43,611 nt of DNA, taken from NCBI GenBank assembly GCA_003509895.1, contig DOMJ01000003.1, positions 351 to 43,961 of the forward strand, written 5' to 3'. The stretch comes from Candidatus Uhrbacteria bacterium (lineage in GTDB: Bacteria > Patescibacteriota > Patescibacteriia > UBA9934 > UBA11717). This document shows, piece by piece, positions 9,991-17,385 of this stretch. The notes beneath the pieces were generated by a model. It was not told the origin of the DNA. It saw only the letters and a program-made list of their open reading frames with translations, and made no database searches. A program made the translations under genes and the position numbers. The first letter of the stretch is position 1, and the number at the start of each line of letters is the position of its first letter.

Positions 9991-11103
9991 ATGACAACAC
10001 AAGATCGCATCCAAGCGTTACTCGTGGGCTCGGGCATCACCATAAACGGATCAGAAACGTGGGATCCACAAATAAGGCAGGAAGGCTTTTACAAGCGAGT
10101 TTTGACAAAGGCAAATCTTGGATTGGGAGAGGCGTTTATGGACGGCTGGTGGGAGTGCCGTCAGATAGACGAGTTTATTTGTCGATTATTGAAGGTGGAT
10201 ATAAAGGATCGTCTTAAGCGCGATTGGCCGTCTGTGGCTATTGCGCTTGCTTCGGTACTACTCAACAGGCAATCAAGTAAACGCGCGTTCCATATTGGAG
10301 AGGTACATTATGATGCCGGAAACGATTTGTATGAGGCGATGTTGGATACGCGGATGGTGTATACCTGTGGATATTGGAAACAGGCACAAACGCTGGAAGA
10401 CGCGCAAGAGGCCAAGTTGGATTTGGTGTGTAAAAAAATCGGATTAAAGGCAGGTGACACAGTGTTGGACATTGGATGCGGATGGGGAAGCTTTGCCAAG
10501 TTTGCGGCCGAGCGGTACGGGGCGCAAGTGGTAGGCATTACGGTTTCCAAGGAACAAAAGAGGCTCGCAGAGGACCGTTGTAAGGGGTTGCCGGTAGAAA
10601 TTCGTTTACAGGATTACAGAGACGTAAACGAGCCGTTTGATCACATCGTGTCTCTTGGAATGATTGAACATGTTGGGTATAAAAATTATCAAACCTACAT
10701 GAAGGTAGCGGCAAAAAATCTTAAAGAGGGCGGAATGTTTTTGCTGCACACCATCGGGTCTCTTGAATCCGGTATCTCCACCGACCCGTGGATTGAAAAA
10801 TATATTTTCCCTAATTCTATGTTGCCGAGCCTTGCACAGCTTACAAAGGCGGTAGAAGGGTTGTTTGTAGTGGAGGATGTGCAGAACTTTGGGGCAGATT
10901 ACGACAAAACGCTCATGGCGTGGTTTGCCAATTTTCATGCCGCCTGGCCACAATTACGGGATCAGTACGATGAGCGATTCTATAAAATGTGGAAATATTA
11001 CCTGCTTTCCTGTGCGGGATCGTTTAGGTCTCGTAGGAATCAGTTATGGCAAATGGTGCTCTCCAAAGGTGGAGTAGAGGGTGTGTACCAATCCGTGCGA
11101 TAA
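9991..11103 (+). CDS. cfa: Cyclopropane-fatty-acyl-phospholipid synthase
   Basis: HYDAGNDLY, MVYTCGYW, VLDIGCGWG SAM motif, SLGMIEHVG, KYIFP, RFYKMWKYYL. Confidence 0.95.
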   Translation: MTTQDRIQALLVGSGITINGSETWDPQIRQEGFYKRVLTKANLGLGEAFMDGWWECRQIDEFICRLLKVDIKDRLKRDWPSVAIALASVLLNRQSSKRAFHIGEVHYDAGNDLYEAMLDTRMVYTCGYWKQAQTLEDAQEAKLDLVCKKIGLKAGDTVLDIGCGWGSFAKFAAERYGAQVVGITVSKEQKRLAEDRCKGLPVEIRLQDYRDVNEPFDHIVSLGMIEHVGYKNYQTYMKVAAKNLKEGGMFLLHTIGSLESGISTDPWIEKYIFPNSMLPSLAQLTKAVEGLFVVEDVQNFGADYDKTLMAWFANFHAAWPQLRDQYDERFYKMWKYYLLSCAGSFRSRRNQLWQMVLSKGGVEGVYQSVR

Positions 11104-11173
11104 AAGAGATAAACGATTGAAGTCAAAAAGGCGCTTATTTTAGTCAAATATTTTAGTTCAAACAAACGAGGGG

Positions 11174-11202
11174 TTGACAAACGCCTCGTTTTGTGTTATA
11201 AA
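11174..11202 (+). promoter_or_regulatory. Sigma70-type promoter driving the putative large ncRNA
   Basis: TTGACA (11174-79), 17-nt spacer ending TGT, TATAAA (11197-202). The -35 lies inside an AAACGAGG/CCTCGTTT inverted repeat. Confidence 0.65.
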
Positions 11203-11208
11203 GGGTCC

Positions 11209-11670
11209 ATCGCAATGGGTGAGCAACTGGCTCCCAGCGATTGACGGCGACCGCCCCTTCTGGGGCGAGACAATCGTTGCTCTCTGCGGAGAGAGTAACG
11301 TGTCGGCCCTGAAAAGCCGATAGATCCCCAATGGTACTCCGTCATTGGTACCAAAGGGCGTGGCAGCGACGGCGGCTGCAACGGTCCAGTTCGTCTTTGG
11401 CAAAACAGGAGCAATCCTACCATTGACGACCGATACAGAGGAAAGAAAGGAACGCGTTCGTGCTGTAAGCGCGTGGGTACCTTTCCTCTGTATGGACCAA
11501 AAAAAACATACGGCCAATCCCTCCCGTCCGATTGGGTGAGGCCGTTTGCAGGGGGTGTGCCGGAGGCACGCCGGCGCACCCCCTCCCTTTCCCTCACGGG
11601 GAAAGAACATCGACGTCCGCGAGGCGCTTAGCATGGAGTTATCCATCTGCTGGCGCCTCGTTTTCGTTTT
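11209..11670 (+). ncRNA. Putative large structured non-coding RNA of unassigned class
   Basis: More than 10 stems with G-U pairs on the + strand, a GCAA tetraloop, a possible pseudoknot, an upstream promoter and a terminal hairpin plus T-tract. No credible ORF. Confidence 0.65.
11620..11670 (+). terminator. Intrinsic terminator ending the putative ncRNA
   Basis: CGAGGCGCT...GGCGCCTCG stem followed by TTTTCGTTTT. Confidence 0.7.
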
Positions 11671-11728
11671 ACGCGCACGTCATCTAATTTCGTTGCGTTT
11701 ACCGCTCAATATTGTTACTGTGCGGCAC

Positions 11729-13009
11729 ATGGAACGCGTTACGATAGAAAAAATGGTCTTTGGCGGGCAGGGGATGGGGCGTCTTGCAGACGGTCCGATT
11801 GCTTTTGTCTGGAACGCTCTCCCGGGCGAGGAGGTGGAAATAGAGGTGATCAAAAAAAAGCACGGATATCGTGAGGGCATTGCACGCACGATTTTACAAC
11901 CATCTGTGGATCGCATAGAGCCGTTGGAGCCCGGATCGTATTTATCTACGTCTCCTTGGCAGATGATGACCTTTGAGGCAGAGCAACGGTACAAGACAGA
12001 GATGGCTCGAGAAGCATTTGCCAAACTCGGCCATATAGAATTTCAGGCATTACCGATTGAGGGAGATGCGTCTGCTCTGTACGGCTACCGCAACAAAATA
12101 GAATTTTCTTTTTTTACAGAAACCCGCGAGTCTCCGTTGCAACTCTGTTTTTACGCACGCGGTTCCCATCAAAAAATTGCCGTAGAGGGCAGCGCGTTGG
12201 CTGAGCCGATTATCAATGAAGTCGCACACCGCGTATTGGATTGGCTCATTGCGCAGAAAATCAATCGCTTGGATTTAAAAACGCTGATTGTGCGCAGTAA
12301 TGGGCAAGGACAAGCCATTGCCGCATTGTTTGTAAAAGAAACGCTGGATGTAGATGTGTATCCGGAGCTCACCGGGCAGTTTAAGGGATTTCAAATTTAT
12401 TATTCCAACCCAAAAAGCCCCGCGTCTGTCCCAACCGATTTGTTGTACTCACAGGGCGACGATTTTTTATTGGTGGACATTCAGAGCGTTACCATGCGCT
12501 GTGGCCTGCTCAGCTTCTTTCAGGTCAATCAACCGATCTTTGCTAAAACCCTCACGGATATTCAAACGTTTCTTGGACCACAACAGCACATTGTGGATGT
12601 GTACTCCGGCGTTGGATCCATTGGTCTGACGCTTGCGAGTAAGGCCGCATCTGTGACGCTTGTTGAGAGTAACAGCGAGGCGTGTGCGTACGCGCGGCAA
12701 AATGTTGCGTTAAACAAATTTACCAATGTGTCGGTTGTAGAGGCGACAGCAGAACGCGTGGTGGAGGAGATTGTGGGAGATCGGATGATTATTTTAGACC
12801 CACCGCGCGCCGGTGTTCATACAGATGTGATTGATCGCCTTTTGGAGGTATTGCCACCAAAAATTGCGTACCTCTCCTGTAATATTTCTACACAAGCACG
12901 CGACATCCAACTTTTGTTAGGGTCCTACAAAATTGTTCACGCAGCTCTTTACAACTACTTTCCAAGAACACCGCACGTGGAATCTTTGGTGTTTCTGGAG
13001 CGGCGTTAA
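11729..13009 (+). CDS. TrmA/RlmD-family RNA (uracil-5)-methyltransferase with TRAM domain
   Basis: TRAM N-terminus (GGQGMG...ALPGEEV), YGYRNKIEF, SFFQVN, DVYSGVGSIG, DPPRAG, YLSCN, FPRTPHVE. Confidence 0.9.
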   Translation: MERVTIEKMVFGGQGMGRLADGPIAFVWNALPGEEVEIEVIKKKHGYREGIARTILQPSVDRIEPLEPGSYLSTSPWQMMTFEAEQRYKTEMAREAFAKLGHIEFQALPIEGDASALYGYRNKIEFSFFTETRESPLQLCFYARGSHQKIAVEGSALAEPIINEVAHRVLDWLIAQKINRLDLKTLIVRSNGQGQAIAALFVKETLDVDVYPELTGQFKGFQIYYSNPKSPASVPTDLLYSQGDDFLLVDIQSVTMRCGLLSFFQVNQPIFAKTLTDIQTFLGPQQHIVDVYSGVGSIGLTLASKAASVTLVESNSEACAYARQNVALNKFTNVSVVEATAERVVEEIVGDRMIILDPPRAGVHTDVIDRLLEVLPPKIAYLSCNISTQARDIQLLLGSYKIVHAALYNYFPRTPHVESLVFLERR

Positions 13010-13038
13010 CGTGTTACAATACATACCAATAATGATCT

Positions 13039-13785
13039 ATGAAAAATTCAACCAAAAAAAGTCTTTACCTGTGGGGAGGGTCGTTCCTTGCTCTGGGCTT
13101 ATTAGTTTGGGGTCTTGCAAGAATGAGTGGTGGGTATAACAGTGGAACGTTTAACGCGGTTCCGTTGGACCTCACTTCTGCGGCGGAGTTTGAGCACGTG
13201 AAGGGTCCGATGGATGCGGGTGTGACCATTGTGGAGTATTCGGATTTTCAGTGCCCATATTGTAAGCAAGCCGTCCCGGTGGTGGAGCAGATTTTGGCAG
13301 AGTATCCGGACACGGTGAACCTTATTTACAGACACTACCCATTAAGACAAGCACACGCACAGACGCAACTGGCGGCAGAGGTATCGGAGGCGGCGGGTAG
13401 ACAGGGAAAATTTTGGGAAATGCATGATGTTTTGTTTGCCAATCAAGAAAAATGGTCGGGAAATTTGGGAGCTCGATCCATTTTTGAAGCGTATGCCGAG
13501 GCATTAGAATTAGACGTTGCATTATTTAAAACAGATTTACAGGATCGGGCGCTCGCAGAGAAGGTTCAACATGATTATGAAAGTGGCAACGATGCCGGTG
13601 TACGGGGAACCCCTACGTTTTTTATTAATGGCGTTAAGTTAAAAGTCCCCAGTTATGCCGGATTTGTGGAGGCCATCAATACGGAACTTGACCGCCTGGA
13701 GGAGGTGCGCGAATCCACGATCAATGCGGGAGAAAGCGGCAGTAATCCGGAAACAGTAGGAACGGATGCTCCAACAGCTGAATAA
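13039..13785 (+). CDS. DsbA-family thiol-disulfide oxidoreductase, membrane-anchored
   Basis: N-terminal TM, EYSDFQCPYC, GVRGTPTFFING. Confidence 0.92.
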   Translation: MKNSTKKSLYLWGGSFLALGLLVWGLARMSGGYNSGTFNAVPLDLTSAAEFEHVKGPMDAGVTIVEYSDFQCPYCKQAVPVVEQILAEYPDTVNLIYRHYPLRQAHAQTQLAAEVSEAAGRQGKFWEMHDVLFANQEKWSGNLGARSIFEAYAEALELDVALFKTDLQDRALAEKVQHDYESGNDAGVRGTPTFFINGVKLKVPSYAGFVEAINTELDRLEEVRESTINAGESGSNPETVGTDAPTAE

Positions 13786-13786
13786 C

Positions 13787-14224
13787 ATGACATCCAAGTT
13801 GACAACGTGGATTGCGCGAGGACTCCTCTTGGTGAGTCCGATTGGGTTTTTGGATGCAACATACCTCACGCTCAAACACTACGCCGGTCAAACGGTCGGC
13901 TGCACCATTACGCAAGGGTGCGAGATTGTTACCACAAGCAGCTACTCTGTTTTTTATGGTATTCCTGTGGCGTTATTTGGAGTACTCTATTATCTGCTTA
14001 TTGTTTTGCTGATGATAGCCTATGTTGATCGTAAGCAAGAGAACGTCATTCGTCTTGCCTGTTGGATCACGCCTGTGGGTTTTGTCGCATCTTTGTACTT
14101 TGTTGGTATTCAAGCGTTTGTTTTACAGGCCTGGTGTCAGTATTGTATTGGGTCTGCCATAACATCCACTCTTTTGTTTTTGTTGGGAATGACTTACTTG
14201 GCAACGCATAAACGCTCAAATTAA
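13787..14224 (+). CDS. VKOR-family protein (DsbA reoxidant)
   Basis: CTITQGCEIVTTSSYSVFYGIPVALFG and WCQYC. Directly follows the DsbA gene. Confidence 0.92.
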   Translation: MTSKLTTWIARGLLLVSPIGFLDATYLTLKHYAGQTVGCTITQGCEIVTTSSYSVFYGIPVALFGVLYYLLIVLLMIAYVDRKQENVIRLACWITPVGFVASLYFVGIQAFVLQAWCQYCIGSAITSTLLFLLGMTYLATHKRSN

Positions 14225-14225
14225 T

Positions 14226-14396
14226 ATGTTGTGGTATTGGATCCTTGGAGCCCTGTTTGTGATTCTCCTTACTTTATTTGTGGGAGCGGTGATGGCAAAA
14301 AAAACAGAATCCGTTCTCGTGGGAGAAGTATGGGCTGTTTTCTTTCTCATTATTTTCGTAGGTGTCTATTTTTTGATCGGTGCTCTGTTGCGCTAG
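14226..14396 (+). CDS. Small 56-aa two-TM membrane protein (absent from the ORF track)
   Basis: Manual translation MLWYWILGALFVILLTLFVGAVMAKKTESVLVGEVWAVFFLIIFVGVYFLIGALLR*, starting 1 nt after the VKOR stop. Confidence 0.6.
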   Translation: MLWYWILGALFVILLTLFVGAVMAKKTESVLVGEVWAVFFLIIFVGVYFLIGALLR

Positions 14397-14466
14397 CTGT
14401 CCACAGAAATAGTTTTGATACAAGCGTGCATGAGATACAATAACCGTATCATTCTTATTCTATTTT

Positions 14467-15528
14467 ATGGCATATAACATTCCAACTGGACCGATTGGCC
14501 AGATGAATCTCGGGGGCGGACCGATGCGTACCAAAAAGCAGCCGAATATTTTACAAGCAATTGCCGGAGCCTTTGTAGGTGTACTGCTTGTTCTTGGGTC
14601 GCCTGTGGCTATGTGGATGGCGGGCTCCCAGCACCGAGCAAAAGATTTTCAGGCGGCGCAACAGGTGAACGCCGATACGGCCGTGTCGGGATACGTTACA
14701 TTACGTGGAACCCCATCCTTTGTTATAAAAGGGGCAGGAGAAAATTGTTTTGGGGGATCTTGTGTGTATGAGCATGAGAGTGTAGAACGATTGGAAACAA
14801 AGCAAAGTTTAGAGTGTTCCAAAGACATAAAACAAGATGGGATGACACGCATTCTCTCCCAAGACGGATCGGAATACAACGATGAAACAGGAGAAACGGT
14901 ACCGTGTTATCAAGTGGAGCGAGACAGTTGGGTCGTAAAGGCGGAGCACGTTTTGGCGAACGATCTATTGGTTGGAGCCTATACGATTACGCCAAATGAG
15001 TCGGCAGAATATTTGGAAACGATTGAAACAATCAACGAAACAGAACTTGATTTAAATGAGAAGGTGATTGCAAGAAGCGTTTACACAACCTTTTTAACAC
15101 CGGATCAGTTGCTTGTTGCAGGTGAATCAACAAACGGTCGTATTGTGCAACCATTAGAGAAGACGTATGTTTTCTCTCAATTTGACCACGCGCTCACCTT
15201 GCAGAAATTAGGTGAAAGAGACAAGGAAAGCCGAATGGTTCTTTGGGTCATCACATTTTTTATGATCTTTATTGGGTATAGTTTGATTTTTGGACCACTA
15301 CACTCGCTTGCACGTATTGCGTTGCACATTCCGGGACTCGCCCCCGTGGGACGCGCGATTGCGCAAGGGTCACGAGCGATGATCGGGGTGCTTTCCTTTA
15401 TTCTCTCCGTTCTTACTTGGATTATTGTGTGGTTCTTTGTCACGATTATTCAGATCTGGTGGATTGGACTGATTGTGCTCGTTCTCCTTGGAGGCTTTGG
15501 TTGGTGGCTCTCAAAACGAAATAAATAA
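14467..15528 (+). CDS. TMEM43-like membrane protein
   Basis: One N-terminal TM, a large extracytoplasmic domain and three C-terminal TMs (MIFIGYSLIFGPL...IP). This matches TMEM43/DUF1625 topology. Confidence 0.5.
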   Translation: MAYNIPTGPIGQMNLGGGPMRTKKQPNILQAIAGAFVGVLLVLGSPVAMWMAGSQHRAKDFQAAQQVNADTAVSGYVTLRGTPSFVIKGAGENCFGGSCVYEHESVERLETKQSLECSKDIKQDGMTRILSQDGSEYNDETGETVPCYQVERDSWVVKAEHVLANDLLVGAYTITPNESAEYLETIETINETELDLNEKVIARSVYTTFLTPDQLLVAGESTNGRIVQPLEKTYVFSQFDHALTLQKLGERDKESRMVLWVITFFMIFIGYSLIFGPLHSLARIALHIPGLAPVGRAIAQGSRAMIGVLSFILSVLTWIIVWFFVTIIQIWWIGLIVLVLLGGFGWWLSKRNK

Positions 15529-15534
15529 GAATCA

Positions 15535-15605
15535 AAAAACAGCCCTTCTAGGTCTTTGTGAGGTACAACGCATGTATCTCTTAGACAAGGGGCTGTTTTG
15601 TTTTT
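15535..15605. terminator. Long bidirectional terminator hairpin
   Basis: AAAACAGCCCTT...AAGGGGCTGTTTT with inner GAGGTACA/TGTATCTC stem between convergent genes. Confidence 0.7.
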
Positions 15606-15614
15606 AATCGGTCG

Positions 15615-16310
15615 TTAATCTATTCCGAGCAGTTGAAAGAGAGTGGACTTCTCCTTGCGAGAAAGAGGTCGAGCTTGGCCTTGCTTTAAGTGACCAAGCT
15701 TAATGTTCATCACACGCGTTCTTTTGAGCGTGGTCACCTCGTTTCCAAGAGCCTCAACCATTTTGCGAATCTGTCGGTTGCGTCCCTCGGTAATAATAAT
15801 CTTGAAGGCGTTTTTATTTTGTCGCTCCACGCTTGCGGTGCGTGTTGGTCGTCCTTCTACCGTCACGCCCTCGGCCATTTTTTCTAAAAAGCTCTTGGTC
15901 ATGGGGCGACGTACATGGACGAGATATTCTTTTTCGTGACCACCAACGGGTTTGAGAATTTTATTGACGATATCGCCATTGTTGGTAACAAGTAATAGAC
16001 CGGACGAATCCTTGTCCAACCGTCCAACTGCAAAAACATGCTCATGGAGCCCAAGCGATCGAGGAAGATTTTGTGCAACGTCTGTTGCGTGAGTCACTTC
16101 CACACCGCGAGGTTTGTGATACGCCAGGTATATTTCATCGGTTTCTGGATTTACAGGGAGGCCGTTGGTAAAAACAACATCTTCCTCGCCTACGTCGTCT
16201 CCCAGAACGGCAACACGATCGTTAATACGAACGTCGCCGGCTTGGATGAGTCGGTCGGCCTCGCGTCTGGAACAAACGCCATGATTTGCCAAGTACTTAT
16301 TGATTCGCAT
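15615..16310 (-). CDS. rRNA pseudouridine synthase (RsuA/RluF family) with S4 domain
   Basis: MRINKYLA..GVCSRREAD S4 domain, GRLDKDSSGLLL, EGRNRQIRKM. Confidence 0.95.
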   Translation of the reverse strand: MRINKYLANHGVCSRREADRLIQAGDVRINDRVAVLGDDVGEEDVVFTNGLPVNPETDEIYLAYHKPRGVEVTHATDVAQNLPRSLGLHEHVFAVGRLDKDSSGLLLVTNNGDIVNKILKPVGGHEKEYLVHVRRPMTKSFLEKMAEGVTVEGRPTRTASVERQNKNAFKIIITEGRNRQIRKMVEALGNEVTTLKRTRVMNIKLGHLKQGQARPLSRKEKSTLFQLLGID

Positions 16311-16395
16311 AAGGGAGGAGCCTACCTGATAAGGGCTGATTTGTCAATCATAGCACGTCAGAGCTCCTTTTGGTTGCTCGTGTTATACTTTGCCA

Positions 16396-17313
16396 ATGAA
16401 CTATCTCTTGGGAATAGACATTGGGGGAACAAAATATCATGTTCGTGCCAAAAGAGAGCAAGGGCGCGACATAGATCTTGTGGTTGATTCAAAGGGACAT
16501 TTACATCAACTCGGATCAAAAGGCATGGTGAAGCAAATAGGTGTGTGCGTAAAACAACTGCAAAAAAAGATGCAAACGCGATTGGCTCCCGCGGGCATTG
16601 CTCTTGGGCTTGCCGGATTAGATTCGCCAAAACAGGCTCGTGAGGTGCAACGGGCATTGTTGGCCTGCTCCTGGTGGAATGGAGTAGATCCTGCTCGTCG
16701 GTTTCTTGTAAGCGATGTTCAGATTGGATTACGAGCAGGTACGGATCAGAAGGCGGCGATCGCGATTATTTCCGGAACAGGGTCCAACGGATATGGTATT
16801 GACCACGATGGACATGAAGCGTGGGTGTCCGGTCGAGGAGAAGTTCTGGCAGATCAAGGAAGTGGATACGCGATTGGCGTGGCGTGTCTCAAAGCCGTTT
16901 GCAAGGCTGAGGATGGTAGAGGCCCTGCGACAAAATTACGGCCACTCGTTTTTCATACGCTTCGTGTCCAATCGTCGGGAGGGATACTTAACCGCATAGC
17001 TCTCTCTGATTTTGGAAAGAAGCAGATTGCCGATCTGGGAATACTGGTTATGGAGGCCGCGATAGGGGGAGACAGGGTGGCTCGTGAAATTCTTGAGGAA
17101 GCAGCGGAAGAGCTCGCGCTTATGGCCACAACACTTCATAGACGGCTCCATTTTGGCAGAGAGAAGGTAGACGTGGTGATGATTGGCGGATGTATCAATA
17201 AAAACGAGGAGGTGAGGCGGCTTTTTTTGAGAAAGTTGCGAAAAGAATCGTGGGCAAACCCGGTTCCCTTAGCAGATGACCCGGTGGCGGGCGCTATCAA
17301 AATGCTTCAGTAG
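16396..17313 (+). CDS. BadF/BadG/BcrA/BcrD-family kinase (N-acetylglucosamine/MurNAc kinase-like)
   Basis: LGIDIGGTK, GLAGLD, IISGTGSNGYG, DQGSGYAIG. Confidence 0.85.
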   Translation: MNYLLGIDIGGTKYHVRAKREQGRDIDLVVDSKGHLHQLGSKGMVKQIGVCVKQLQKKMQTRLAPAGIALGLAGLDSPKQAREVQRALLACSWWNGVDPARRFLVSDVQIGLRAGTDQKAAIAIISGTGSNGYGIDHDGHEAWVSGRGEVLADQGSGYAIGVACLKAVCKAEDGRGPATKLRPLVFHTLRVQSSGGILNRIALSDFGKKQIADLGILVMEAAIGGDRVAREILEEAAEELALMATTLHRRLHFGREKVDVVMIGGCINKNEEVRRLFLRKLRKESWANPVPLADDPVAGAIKMLQ

Positions 17314-17385
17314 ATGAGGCTGGCACATGTTGGTCTTTGCGTCACTGTGGAAAATCGGATAAGGTACTGTTATTAACACCTGATT

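Noticed and set aside
11158..11646. ORFs 11158-11646(-), 11196-11597(-), 11345-11539(+) and the 61-codon upstream extension of the methyltransferase
   Set aside because: No recognisable motifs and composition typical of GC-rich non-coding sequence. The dense pairing and + strand promoter/terminator explain the region better.
11209..11670. Identification as RNase P RNA, tmRNA, SRP, 6S, T-box or cobalamin riboswitch
   Set aside because: GAGGAAAG is present but not followed by TCC and sits in a perfect stem. There are no tRNA-like ends or T-arm/CCA, no SRP GGAA-GCAGC loop, no single long 6S rod, and no T-box or B12 box. A very divergent member cannot be excluded without cmscan.
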